A stretch of 64,000 nt of DNA. Source: an uncultured virus (IMG/VR IMGVR_UViG_3300007597_000002). Its lineage: Duplodnaviria > Heunggongvirae > Uroviricota > Caudoviricetes. The position numbers were made by a program, and so were the translations under genes. Where the stretch lies: the IMG/VR virus record IMGVR_UViG_3300007597_000002. The stretch is one strand, 5' to 3'. Shown here in pieces: positions 48,112 to 58,489 of this stretch. The notes under the pieces were generated by a model, which did no database searches, was not told the origin of the DNA, and worked only from the letters and a program-made list of their open reading frames with translations. Position 1 is the stretch's first letter. Each line of letters opens with the position of its first letter.

Positions 48112-48888
48112 ATGAGTAATCAAATCATACTCAAGAAATCATCTGTTGGAGCAAAAGTTCCAGTTGCAGGTGATTTGGCATACGGTGAATTGGCATTAAA
48201 CTATGCTGATGGTAAACTGTATTTCAAAAACTCTTCCAATGCAATTCAATCGTTCTCAAACGATTCGAATAATGCATCAAATGTTACCTTAACTGGTACA
48301 CAAACCCTAACAAACAAAACAATCGCTTTTGGTAGTAATACTATTAGTGGAACAACAGCACAGTTTAATACAGCATTAACTGATGGCGATTTTGCTACGT
48401 TAGCTGGCACTGAAACCCTAACAAATAAAACTTTAACATCTCCAAGTCTTAGTGGTACAGTTGCATTAACTTCTACTACGCTACTTTCTATTAATGGTAG
48501 TACTGGAAGTTCTGGACAATTCCTTGCACGTGGACCAACTGGTCTTACTTGGACAGCAGCACCCAGTCCAGCACTATCAACATTAAGTGATGTTGCGATT
48601 AGTGGACCAACAGCACAACAAGTTTTAACATATACAGGTTCCGCATGGATTAACGCTGATTCAAATGCAGTTGTTGCTTCTGCGGTTTTTGCCACTTCTC
48701 AATCAGATCTTGGATACGTCTATGATGGTAACGTAACTATCACAGAAGAGTTAGGTACAATTACTGAAATTGCCAACAGTATTTACGATTTGGGTGTACT
48801 AAGTTTTACAGGTATTATCTCATTAAACAACATAGACCAATCGATCAAATCAGATTATCTTGGTTACTCTATTATTTTCGGATTCTAA
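48112..48888 (+). CDS. tail fibre protein
   Basis: GELALNYADGKLYFK, TLTNKT repeats, LSDV.I. Confidence 0.75.
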   Translation: MSNQIILKKSSVGAKVPVAGDLAYGELALNYADGKLYFKNSSNAIQSFSNDSNNASNVTLTGTQTLTNKTIAFGSNTISGTTAQFNTALTDGDFATLAGTETLTNKTLTSPSLSGTVALTSTTLLSINGSTGSSGQFLARGPTGLTWTAAPSPALSTLSDVAISGPTAQQVLTYTGSAWINADSNAVVASAVFATSQSDLGYVYDGNVTITEELGTITEIANSIYDLGVLSFTGIISLNNIDQSIKSDYLGYSIIFGF

Positions 48889-48897
48889 GGATATACA

Positions 48898-51774
48898 ATG
48901 GCACGTCAGTTAATTGAAAAATACATCTTCTCTCCAAATGCAGCAGGATATGGTACAGTAAAATTTCCTGGTAAAGTTGATTTAACTCAACTTTTGATTA
49001 TTGCAAATAAAACTCAACAAACAAACGTCTATGCGATTGGTGACCCTACTAAGAATGGTACAATCGTATATGATCCAGATGATGTTACTTTTATGGGTAG
49101 CACAGCACAGTATTCTGAACAGGTTGGTGCAAGTACTGTAACATTCGCAGCTGATACTGCTTCAATGTTATCTACTGATAAAATTGCTATCTATACTGAT
49201 GCGCCAAAACAAATTGGTAACATCGTTCGTCCTTACGCATTCGGTGTTGATGCTATTGAACGCCAGAGGGTGGCAATGCCCCAAGCGTTAATTGACGCTG
49301 ACTTTGAGTATGGATTACAACCAACTAAATGGCAGAACTATTCTGACATTCGTGGTATTCCAGGTATTTACGAAAAACCTGGACTTGACTTGTTCATGAC
49401 TAACATTACTTCAGATGGTGGTAATCCATCTGTTATGACAGTTACATGTTCACAGGCGCATGGACTTTCTGTGGCTCAGCCAGTTATTATCTTCGGTACT
49501 GCTGGTGTATCAAATGCTGCTCGTGCTGAAGGTGCTTTCGTTGTAACAGCTGTGCCAACTTCTACTACCTTTACATTCTTTGCTAAAGGTATTGTTGGAA
49601 CTAATGGATCTTCTATTTGGAATCAGTCTACATATGCTCGTCGTGGTGGCTTTTATGCTGGTGCTGGTCTACCAATCACTGGATATGTTTCTAATGCAGC
49701 ATCTCCTTCTATCATTACTGTAACATGTTCTGCCAACCATGGTTTAGTGGCTGGTGCTCCAATCGTTAACATTGTTACTTCTTCTGGAGTATATCATGAC
49801 CTAATGGGTGGTAACTTCTTCGTTGAATCAGTTCCCACTGGAAATACATTTACATTTACTGCTCGAGTTGGTGGAGCAGTAGCAAATGCGTCTATCGTAG
49901 CTACAACATATACTCGTTCTGATGCTTATGTTCAACACAGACCATTCGATGGTGGTGTTAACATTGGTACATTCTTACCGTCTCATGGTGCATCTGTTTC
50001 TCGTCAAACTAAAAAATATATGCGTTACCAATCTGGTAAAGGTATGCTCTGGACTTCAGGTGTTCTGTTTAATCCAGTTATGAACTTAGACCAAATTTCT
50101 GCAGCAGCAACTTCTGTTGGTTCATTAATTACAGTATCCACTGAAATTGACCATGGTCTACAGGCTGGCGCAACTATTCAAATTGCTGGTGTTGTTACTT
50201 CTGGTTATAATGGTACATATGGTGTAGGAACTATTGTTAATGAATCGTCATTTACAGTTAATGCTATTCAGACTCTTGGTTCTACTTCTGCTGTTATTAC
50301 TAATCTACCACGTGTTACTGTTAAAAATTGGATTGGTGCTTCTACTCGATGCGGTCCATTTGATGATCAAAATGGATTATTCTGGGAATTTGATGGTCAA
50401 GAATTAGCAGTCGTTAAGAGATCTGCGACTTATCAGTTATCAGGATTCGTTGCTGTAACTGCTGGTTCACAATCTGTTGCTGGAACTAACTGTCGTTTTA
50501 CTCAACAATTAAAAGTTGGTGATTCTATCGTTATTCGTGGTATGACATATCGTGTTGGTTCTATTACTGATGATAACACTATGTCTATCAATCCAGAATA
50601 CCGTGGTGTTAATAATTCATCTGGTATTAAAATTGCTCACGTAATTGATACTCGCATTCCACAATCACAATTTAATTTTGATAAGATCGATGGTACTGGT
50701 ATCTCTGGTTACAATATTAACCTAAACAAAATGCAGATGTTGGGGATTTCATTCTCATGGTATGGTGCTGGTTTTATTGACTTTATAGTTCGTGGTGGTG
50801 ATGGTAATATGATTCAAGTTCATCGCATGAAACAGAATAACGTAAATGATGAAGCATATATGCGCACAGGTAATACTACTGTTCGTTATCAAGCGATTAA
50901 CGAATCTGCTAGAGATCGTTTGGCTGCAACTATGACAAACAGTCAAACAAGCATGACATTAGTAGATGCATCAAGATTTCCATCTACTGGTGGCATTGTA
51001 TTAGTTGATAGTGAATACATTTCATTTACTGGTAAAGCAGGTAATGTATTAACTGGACTAACTCGAGCAGCAACATTCTCTATGTTCGTTGGTGGATCTA
51101 CTAAAACATTCTCTGGTGGTGCAGCTGCAGTTCATGCTGTTGGTAATGGATTTAACTCAGTGACTCTTATTAGTTGCACTTGCTCTCCAATTATCAATCA
51201 CTGGGGTTCTTCATATATTATGGATGGTAACTTTGATACAGATCGTGGTTATTATTTTAACTACGCTGCAACTGGAATTGCATTAACATCTGGTCAAACT
51301 AAAACTGCATTCTTCTTAAGACTTGCACCGTCCGTATCAAACTCAATTGCTGGTCAATTTGGAGATCGAGATCTTATTAATCGTTCACAATTATTACTAC
51401 AGCAATTACAAATTCAATCAGATCAGTCAGTACAGGTTTACGGCATTTTAAATCCAGGTAATATTGATGCGTCATCATTAACTTGGACAGCGGTTAATAC
51501 TACTGCTCTTGGTTCTCAACCTTCGTTCGCTCAAGTTTCTACAAGTAGTTCAACTACTGCATCTCCAGGAGAACAAAACTTTAGTACGTTGGGTCAACCA
51601 GCTGGATTTGCGCAGATTGACTTATCAAACCTTAAAGAATTAACAAACTCAGCAATTGGTGGTTACTCAAATTATCCAGATGGTCCAGACGTCTTAGCAG
51701 TTGTTGTTAAAAATCTAACTACCAATACTGCTACTGCCAATATTAACCTATTCTGGTCAGAAGCACAAGCCTAA
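48898..51774 (+). CDS. large virion structural protein with repeated HGL beta-domains
   Basis: LIDADFEYGLQPTKW, three T....HGL repeats, RQTKKY.RYQSGKG. Confidence 0.7.
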   Translation: MARQLIEKYIFSPNAAGYGTVKFPGKVDLTQLLIIANKTQQTNVYAIGDPTKNGTIVYDPDDVTFMGSTAQYSEQVGASTVTFAADTASMLSTDKIAIYTDAPKQIGNIVRPYAFGVDAIERQRVAMPQALIDADFEYGLQPTKWQNYSDIRGIPGIYEKPGLDLFMTNITSDGGNPSVMTVTCSQAHGLSVAQPVIIFGTAGVSNAARAEGAFVVTAVPTSTTFTFFAKGIVGTNGSSIWNQSTYARRGGFYAGAGLPITGYVSNAASPSIITVTCSANHGLVAGAPIVNIVTSSGVYHDLMGGNFFVESVPTGNTFTFTARVGGAVANASIVATTYTRSDAYVQHRPFDGGVNIGTFLPSHGASVSRQTKKYMRYQSGKGMLWTSGVLFNPVMNLDQISAAATSVGSLITVSTEIDHGLQAGATIQIAGVVTSGYNGTYGVGTIVNESSFTVNAIQTLGSTSAVITNLPRVTVKNWIGASTRCGPFDDQNGLFWEFDGQELAVVKRSATYQLSGFVAVTAGSQSVAGTNCRFTQQLKVGDSIVIRGMTYRVGSITDDNTMSINPEYRGVNNSSGIKIAHVIDTRIPQSQFNFDKIDGTGISGYNINLNKMQMLGISFSWYGAGFIDFIVRGGDGNMIQVHRMKQNNVNDEAYMRTGNTTVRYQAINESARDRLAATMTNSQTSMTLVDASRFPSTGGIVLVDSEYISFTGKAGNVLTGLTRAATFSMFVGGSTKTFSGGAAAVHAVGNGFNSVTLISCTCSPIINHWGSSYIMDGNFDTDRGYYFNYAATGIALTSGQTKTAFFLRLAPSVSNSIAGQFGDRDLINRSQLLLQQLQIQSDQSVQVYGILNPGNIDASSLTWTAVNTTALGSQPSFAQVSTSSSTTASPGEQNFSTLGQPAGFAQIDLSNLKELTNSAIGGYSNYPDGPDVLAVVVKNLTTNTATANINLFWSEAQA

Positions 51775-51797
51775 ATATATCGAATTAGAGGAAAACT

Positions 51798-54197
51798 ATG
51801 TCAACACAAGTACAATTTAGACGAGGTACAACTACACAAAATAATGCGTTCACTGGAGCGCAGGGTGAATTGTCTGTTGACACCGATCTTAAAACGATTC
51901 GTCTACACGATGGAACTACCGCAGGTGGTGGTTCCACTATGCTTAATAACATCTCTGCACAAACTGCTTTAAATAAAACATTTAGTACTGGTTCTGTTTG
52001 GCAGGGTAATGCTGTTGGTTTAGGTTATGGTGGTACAGGTTCTGCTCTCAGCCCAGCAGCTGGTGCTGTTCTGTATTCTACTGCCAGTGGTCTTGCTCTT
52101 TCTGCAGCTGGTACTTCTGGTCAAATTCTAGTTTCTGGTGGTGCTGGTGCTCCGACATTCGTTGCTGCTTCTTCTATCGCAGCTGGTACTTCTACTACAG
52201 CTGCTACTGCTACTAACATCGCTGGCGGTTCTGCTGGTCAGTTAGTTATTCAAGCAGATACAAGTTTATCTACATTCATTACTGCTGGTGCATCAGGTAC
52301 ATTCTTGCGCTCTGCTGGTGCTGGTTATGCACCTACTTGGGCGACTGCAGACGTAACAATTGGTTCTACTGTTATTGCTCTGGGTAGTTCTTCTACTAGT
52401 TTAGCTGGTATGAATATTATTGCAGCTACTGGTACTAGCCATTGGACACTTCCAGTGGGTACAACTGGTAATCGTCCAGTTTCTCCTGCTGCTGGTATGG
52501 TTCGTTACAACTCTACAATCACTTCGTTCGAGGGTTATTCATCTGGTGCATGGTCTTCTCTTGGTGGTGTATCTTCTGTAGATAAGTTTACATACATTCA
52601 AGCAGAAACTTCTGCCAATGCTTCTAATGGTGATCTAGATTTCTTTGCTGAAGATGCAGCTGGCACTGCTGCCACTCAAGTTGGTCAGTGGAATAGAACT
52701 AACCTTAAAGATTATACTGGTACTTTAGTTGGAACACAAACTACTCAGAATGTCTTTAACGCTACTGCAACAACTGTTAATGCTTTTGGCGCAGCGACTA
52801 CACTTTCTCTTGGTGCTGCAAGTGGTACAGCGACTGTTAATAACTCAACAGTAACATTAGCCAATGCTACTGCTCTTAACATTAATGGTGCGTCTCCAGC
52901 AATTGCTACAACTAGTACTACTGCTTCCCTATTCAACTCAACAGTTACTACATTAAATATCGGTGGTGCAGCAACTACTATTTCTATAGGTGCTGCAACT
53001 GGCACACTAACAATCAATAATGCAAATACAGTTATTACTGGTAACTTAACTGTAAACGGCACAACTACAACAATTAACTCAACAGTAACTTCTGTTGATG
53101 ATATTGAATTTGAATTAGGTTCTGTTGCATCTCCAACTAATGTTACTGCCAATGGCGGTGGTATTCGTCTTAAAGGTACTACCGATAAGACTATTACTTG
53201 GGATAGCACTAATGCTAACTGGACTTCTAGTGAAAACTGGAATCTTGCTACTGGTAAGACATTTAAGATCAACAACGTATCAGTTCTAACTGCTAATGCT
53301 GTTCTTAATGATTCTACTCAAACATCTATTACTGTTGGTGGTTCTGCCACTGCGATTACTCTAGGTGCTAATAGTGGAACATTAACTATTGGTAACCCAA
53401 CTGTTGTTGGAACACAAACAACACAAAACTTATTTAATACAGTAGCAACTACTTTAAATATTGGTGGTGCATCGACTGCACTAAACTTAGGTGCATCTAC
53501 AGGTACAGCGACTATCGCTAACCAAACTGTTACATTAAGTAATGCCACTGCATTGAATTTGAATGGCGCTTCTCCTGTAATTGCTACAACTAGTACTACT
53601 GCTTCAGTTTTTAACTCATCAGTTACTACTCTCCATATTGGTAGTGCAGCAACTACACTAGCGATTGGTAATGCCACTTCTGCTACCTTGACTCTTCGTC
53701 CAGGAACTGTTGTTGGATCTAATACCACTCAGAACTTATATAATACAGTTGCCACTACTTTAAACTTAGGTGGTGCAGCAACTGCACTAAACTTAGGTGC
53801 ATCTACTGGTACTACAACAGTTAACAATGATTTAACAGTTGCCTCTGGTAAAAAGATAGTAATGACTAACATCTACGATATCGTAGCATTTAGTGGTTCA
53901 ACTTCTGGAACTGGTGCCACAGCAATAACTACTTTATCTTCTTCTGTGTATCGTTCTGGTAAAGTTGTACTGTCAATCACTAATGGTTCTGTTTATAGAA
54001 TTATGGAAATGTTGTTTATGCATGATGGTACTACTGTAACATTTAACGAAAACTACACAGTTGCCAATGAAATGCAAAGTGCAACTACTAATACTACATT
54101 TAGTGGATCTATCTCTGCTGGAACTTTAACGATCTTTGCTACTTGTTCTTCTGGAACTTCTGCAATAAAAGGTCAAGCAACTTTATTCAAGGTATAA
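51798..54197 (+). CDS. tail fibre with Mtd-like N-terminal domain
   Basis: QVQFRRGTT...FTGA.GE..VDT....LHDG.T.GG; Thr/Ala/Gly repeats. Confidence 0.8.
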   Translation: MSTQVQFRRGTTTQNNAFTGAQGELSVDTDLKTIRLHDGTTAGGGSTMLNNISAQTALNKTFSTGSVWQGNAVGLGYGGTGSALSPAAGAVLYSTASGLALSAAGTSGQILVSGGAGAPTFVAASSIAAGTSTTAATATNIAGGSAGQLVIQADTSLSTFITAGASGTFLRSAGAGYAPTWATADVTIGSTVIALGSSSTSLAGMNIIAATGTSHWTLPVGTTGNRPVSPAAGMVRYNSTITSFEGYSSGAWSSLGGVSSVDKFTYIQAETSANASNGDLDFFAEDAAGTAATQVGQWNRTNLKDYTGTLVGTQTTQNVFNATATTVNAFGAATTLSLGAASGTATVNNSTVTLANATALNINGASPAIATTSTTASLFNSTVTTLNIGGAATTISIGAATGTLTINNANTVITGNLTVNGTTTTINSTVTSVDDIEFELGSVASPTNVTANGGGIRLKGTTDKTITWDSTNANWTSSENWNLATGKTFKINNVSVLTANAVLNDSTQTSITVGGSATAITLGANSGTLTIGNPTVVGTQTTQNLFNTVATTLNIGGASTALNLGASTGTATIANQTVTLSNATALNLNGASPVIATTSTTASVFNSSVTTLHIGSAATTLAIGNATSATLTLRPGTVVGSNTTQNLYNTVATTLNLGGAATALNLGASTGTTTVNNDLTVASGKKIVMTNIYDIVAFSGSTSGTGATAITTLSSSVYRSGKVVLSITNGSVYRIMEMLFMHDGTTVTFNENYTVANEMQSATTNTTFSGSISAGTLTIFATCSSGTSAIKGQATLFKV

Positions 54198-54200
54198 TAT

Positions 54201-55160
54201 ATGGCAATCCCAACAACTAGAGAAGGTTTAAAACAATACTGTCTCCGTGACTTGGGTGCACCTGTACTCGAAATTAACGTAGATGATGATCAACTAGAAG
54301 ATCGTATTGATGAATCGTTAGATTATTGGAGACAATATCACTATGATGGTATTGAAGAAATTTATTTAAAACAACTTATACGTGCTTCTGAGATCACTCT
54401 AACAGCTAGCGTGGCTGGTACATTTGATACTGGTGAAATAATTACAGGTGTTTCTTCTGGAGCAAAAGCAACAGTTTGTGTAGAATCTCAAAGAAAATCT
54501 AATGGAACATTACTATTAGTTAAAAAGGTCACTGGAACATTTACTGCAGGTGAAGCAATTACTGGTTCTGCTGGACATAATGCTACTCTTAGTTCTATCA
54601 CTCTAAGAGAGTACGATAACAAATACATAATTGTCCCAGATTATGTTTGGGGTATAACAGGTATTCTTAACATTGGGCAAGCATCTTCTTCTAAGAATAT
54701 GTTCGACTTGCAATACCAGTTGCGTTTAAATGACTTGTATGATTTAACTTCTACATCAATCATTTATTATACAACTGTGATGCAGCATTTAGACTTACTT
54801 GATTGGACTCTAAATGGTAAAGCAGATTTTAGATTCAATAGACTCCAAGATCGCATGTACTTAGACATTAACTGGGACTCAGATTTATTTCTTGGTGATT
54901 ACATAATCATTAAAGGATATCGTGCAATGGATCCTACCACTTGGTCTAAAGTTTGGAACGAGACTTGGCTAAAGAAATATACATCTGCATTGTTTAAGAA
55001 ACAATGGGGAACAAACCTTAAGAAATTCAAAGGTATTCAACTTCCAGGTGGAGTTGTTTTAGATGGCGATACACTATACCAAGAAGCAATTGCAGAAATA
55101 CAGATGTTAGAACAAGATTTAATTACCAAGTCTGCGCCACTAAACTTCATAATGGGCTAA
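54201..55160 (+). CDS. gp13: neck protein gp13
   Basis: YCLR.LGAPVLEINVDDDQ.EDRID, QWG.NL.KF.G.QLPGGV. Confidence 0.93.
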   Translation: MAIPTTREGLKQYCLRDLGAPVLEINVDDDQLEDRIDESLDYWRQYHYDGIEEIYLKQLIRASEITLTASVAGTFDTGEIITGVSSGAKATVCVESQRKSNGTLLLVKKVTGTFTAGEAITGSAGHNATLSSITLREYDNKYIIVPDYVWGITGILNIGQASSSKNMFDLQYQLRLNDLYDLTSTSIIYYTTVMQHLDLLDWTLNGKADFRFNRLQDRMYLDINWDSDLFLGDYIIIKGYRAMDPTTWSKVWNETWLKKYTSALFKKQWGTNLKKFKGIQLPGGVVLDGDTLYQEAIAEIQMLEQDLITKSAPLNFIMG

Positions 55161-55161
55161 A

Positions 55162-56091
55162 ATGTCAACAACAAATGTTTATTTCTCTCAGGGAACTAAA
55201 AACGAACAGTTCCTAATTGAGGATTTGATCATAGAATCGTTACGTATTTACGGTAACGAAGTTATGTACATCCCTAGAACTTTGGTTTCTAAGGATAATA
55301 TTCTTGGTGAAGATCGTCTCTCTCAATTTAAGTCTGCATTTCCTATTGAAATGTACTTCGAGAACGTAGACTCGTTTGCAGGACAAGGTGCTTTTATTCA
55401 GAAGTTTGGTTTAATGATTGAACAATCTGCCACTCTGGTATGCGCACGTAGAAGATGGGAACAGTTTGTTGGGCGCTATGGAGTAACTACAATTCCAAGT
55501 CGCCCAAACGAAGGTGATTTGATTTACTTCCCACTATCAAAGGGGTTGTTTGAAATCAAATTTGTTCAACATCAAGATCCATTTTATCAACTTGGTAAAC
55601 TTTATGTTTACAAACTGCAAATTGAATTGTTTCAATATGCTTCTGAGTTTATCGATACTGGTATACCTGCTGTAGATGCATTCGAATCTCTAAAATCATT
55701 CACAACTAATACTACCAGAAGTTCTCGTGGTGAGGTTGTTAGTATCACTATGACCAATCTTGGATCTGGATATACTTCTGTTCCGACAGTTTCATTTGTT
55801 AGTGGAAGTGGTTCTGGTGCTACTGCTACAGCAATTAGGGGAACCTCTGGAGCAAACCTTAATAAAATTACAGGTGTGACTATTACAAATGGTGGTACTG
55901 GTTATCAAAGTGCTCCAGTCGTACAATTTACTGGAGGTGGTGGAATTGGTGCTCAAGCAACTGCTACTATCGAGACTAATATAGACAAAGCAGCAGACTC
56001 TTTCGCTGACAATAATTCATTCAAGAAAGAATCTGTTAATGTTATTAATTTTGATGAATCAAATCCATTCGGTGAAATAAACAATGCTTAA
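55162..56091 (+). CDS. gp14: neck protein gp14 with inserted repeat domain
   Basis: EQ.LIEDLIIES, YIPR, RPNEGDLIYFP, PFYQLGK, FDESNPFGE. Confidence 0.92.
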   Translation: MSTTNVYFSQGTKNEQFLIEDLIIESLRIYGNEVMYIPRTLVSKDNILGEDRLSQFKSAFPIEMYFENVDSFAGQGAFIQKFGLMIEQSATLVCARRRWEQFVGRYGVTTIPSRPNEGDLIYFPLSKGLFEIKFVQHQDPFYQLGKLYVYKLQIELFQYASEFIDTGIPAVDAFESLKSFTTNTTRSSRGEVVSITMTNLGSGYTSVPTVSFVSGSGSGATATAIRGTSGANLNKITGVTITNGGTGYQSAPVVQFTGGGGIGAQATATIETNIDKAADSFADNNSFKKESVNVINFDESNPFGEINNA

Positions 56092-56827
56092 CGATAACGT
56101 ATACTATCATGGAATAATTCGAAAAAGCATTGTTGCTTTTGGTCGTTTATTCAGCGACATCTATATTGATCGCAAACAAGGTGACTCTGTTACTGGAACT
56201 ACACTACAGCGTTTGCAGATTCCTCTTGCCTATGCACCAAAAGAAAAATGGTTAGTTAGAATTGATGGAGATCCAACTTTAGAAAATAACGTAAACACTG
56301 TTCTCCCAAGAATGTCTTTTGAGATCACTGGTTACAATTATGATGCTGCTCGTAAGACTAATCGTATGCAGCAGATTAAATCTGGTAATAGTCTTAACAA
56401 ATCAGTTATGTACACACCAGTCCCATACAACTTAGATATTTCTTTGTATGTGTTAACTAAAACACAAGAAGATGGTCTTCAAATTATCGAACAGATTCTC
56501 CCAACATTCACACCAGAGTATACATTAAGTGTTAATGCTGTGCCAGATATGGGTGTTGTTATTGATGTTCCCATTGTATTAAATTCTATTCAAGTACAAG
56601 ATGAATACGATGGCGATTTTCAAACTAGAAGATCAGTGGTTCATACATTAAATTTCCAAATGAAATTAAACCTATTTGGACCAATGTCAAATCAAGCAGT
56701 TATTGGTACTGTGTATGCCAATGTTGGTCAAAATGAAAACTTCGCAAATGCAAATAGAGTTTATACTGCAGAAGGTGATGTTACCACAGCTACTGTAACA
56801 ACAGAAGACTGGACTTCGAATTTCTAA
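56084..56827 (+). CDS. gp15: tail sheath stabiliser/terminator gp15
   Basis: FG.LF.DI, PLAYAPKEK, LPRMSFE, QIIEQILP.F.P. Confidence 0.93.
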   Translation: MLNDNVYYHGIIRKSIVAFGRLFSDIYIDRKQGDSVTGTTLQRLQIPLAYAPKEKWLVRIDGDPTLENNVNTVLPRMSFEITGYNYDAARKTNRMQQIKSGNSLNKSVMYTPVPYNLDISLYVLTKTQEDGLQIIEQILPTFTPEYTLSVNAVPDMGVVIDVPIVLNSIQVQDEYDGDFQTRRSVVHTLNFQMKLNLFGPMSNQAVIGTVYANVGQNENFANANRVYTAEGDVTTATVTTEDWTSNF

Positions 56828-56829
56828 AC

Positions 56830-58407
56830 ATGGCTGAAATTTATAATTCGAATTCGAACTTAAAAGCTGCTGGTGTAACTGTACAATTTACTCCAGAAAA
56901 TATTCAAGAGTACATTAAGTGTTCTCAAGATTACGTTTACTTTATTGAAAACTATTGCTATATCGTTACACTTGACCATGGTCTTCAGTTGTTTAAACTG
57001 TATGAGTGTCAGAAAAATAAACTACATATAATCCATCAGAATCGTCGTGTGATTTTAATGGAAGGTCGTCAGCAGGGTAAGACAACTACATCAGCTGCAT
57101 ACATTTTATGGTATACCTTATTCCAAGCAAACAAAACTGTAGCGATTTTGGCTAACAAAGCTACATCTGCTCGTGAAGTTTTAAATCGTTATCAAACTAT
57201 GTATGAATTGCTTCCTCAATGGATGCAACAAGGTGTCACTACTTGGAATAAAGGTGATATTGAACTAGAGAATGGATCTAAAGTATTCACTTCAGCAACT
57301 TCTGCTTCTGGTATTCGTGGTAAATCTGTTAACTTACTTTATGTTGACGAAGCTGCGATTATCCCAAATCAAGTTGCCGAGGAATTCTTTACATCTGTTT
57401 ATCCAACGATTTCTGCTGGACAGACTACTAAGATTCTTTTATCTTCTACACCACTCGGCTATAACCATTTCTGGAAGTTTTGGAATGATGCTGAAAATGG
57501 TCGCAATGGGTTTACACCATTATTCATTCCTTATTGGGAAATTCCAGGTCGTGATGATAAGTGGGCAGCTGAACAGAAAGCCATGCTTGGTGAACTTAAA
57601 TATAACCAAGAGGTTGCTTGTAAATTCCTTGGTTCTAGTTTAACTTTAATCTCTGCAGATGTTATCGCCAAGATGCCAGTCGATCCTATCATCTATACAA
57701 AAGATGGATTGGATGTTTATGTTAAGCCACAGGCTGGACATACTTATTGTATGGTCTGTGACGTAGCAAAAGGTGTTGGTGGTGACTATTCAGCATTCCA
57801 ATTAATAGATATAACAGAAGTTCCATATAGAACAGTCGCAAAATACAGAAAGAATGATATTAGTCCTCTCTTATATCCCAATGTGATATACAAAGTGGGT
57901 AAAGAATACAACGAAGCATACGTATTAATAGAAATTAACTCGAGTGAACAGGTCGCCCATATCTTATACTCAGAATTAGAATATGAAAATCTTCTATTCG
58001 TTAATCGCCATAATATGGGTCAGTATATCGGTGGAGGATTTGGTGGAGGTAAAACTCAACTAGGTGTCAATACTGATAAAAAGATCAAAAGAATTGGATG
58101 TCACAACTTCAAATCATTGATCGAAGAAAACAAGTTACTTGTAACCGATGCAGATACGATTTCTGAAATTTCAACATTTATAGAAATTAAAGGATCATAT
58201 GCTGCTGATGAAGGATATCACGATGATTTGGTAATGCCTTTGGTGCTCTTTGGATGGGTCACAACTCAGCCGTATTTCAAAGACCTAAATAATGTTAACC
58301 TTAGAGAAATTATGTACAAAAAGCAAATACAAGCTATTGAAGAGGAATTGACACCATTCGGATTCTATGACGATGGAAGTCCTGAAAAGGCTCCACTGAA
58401 TTTTTGA
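56830..58407 (+). CDS. gp17: terminase large subunit gp17
   Basis: RQQGKTT, ILANK, YVDEAA, SSTP.G.NHF, DVAKGVGGDYS, HDDLVM. Confidence 0.96.
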   Translation: MAEIYNSNSNLKAAGVTVQFTPENIQEYIKCSQDYVYFIENYCYIVTLDHGLQLFKLYECQKNKLHIIHQNRRVILMEGRQQGKTTTSAAYILWYTLFQANKTVAILANKATSAREVLNRYQTMYELLPQWMQQGVTTWNKGDIELENGSKVFTSATSASGIRGKSVNLLYVDEAAIIPNQVAEEFFTSVYPTISAGQTTKILLSSTPLGYNHFWKFWNDAENGRNGFTPLFIPYWEIPGRDDKWAAEQKAMLGELKYNQEVACKFLGSSLTLISADVIAKMPVDPIIYTKDGLDVYVKPQAGHTYCMVCDVAKGVGGDYSAFQLIDITEVPYRTVAKYRKNDISPLLYPNVIYKVGKEYNEAYVLIEINSSEQVAHILYSELEYENLLFVNRHNMGQYIGGGFGGGKTQLGVNTDKKIKRIGCHNFKSLIEENKLLVTDADTISEISTFIEIKGSYAADEGYHDDLVMPLVLFGWVTTQPYFKDLNNVNLREIMYKKQIQAIEEELTPFGFYDDGSPEKAPLNF

Positions 58408-58489
58408 ATTGAAAACTTGTAAAAACTAAATAAAATGTAGACAAGAAATTTCTGTCTAAAGTAAAAACTTATTAACAAGGAGAATTACA

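Noticed and set aside
45665..53728. Many 60-180 aa antisense ORFs over fibre genes (also 12108-13241, 39848-40387 and others)
   Set aside because: Shadow frames produced by Thr/Ala/Gly codon bias; no SD, promoter or motifs.
51798..54197. Diversity-generating retroelement target, suggested by the Mtd-like N-terminus
   Set aside because: No reverse transcriptase and no adenine-specific TR/VR pair seen in the window; repeats are in-frame internal duplications.
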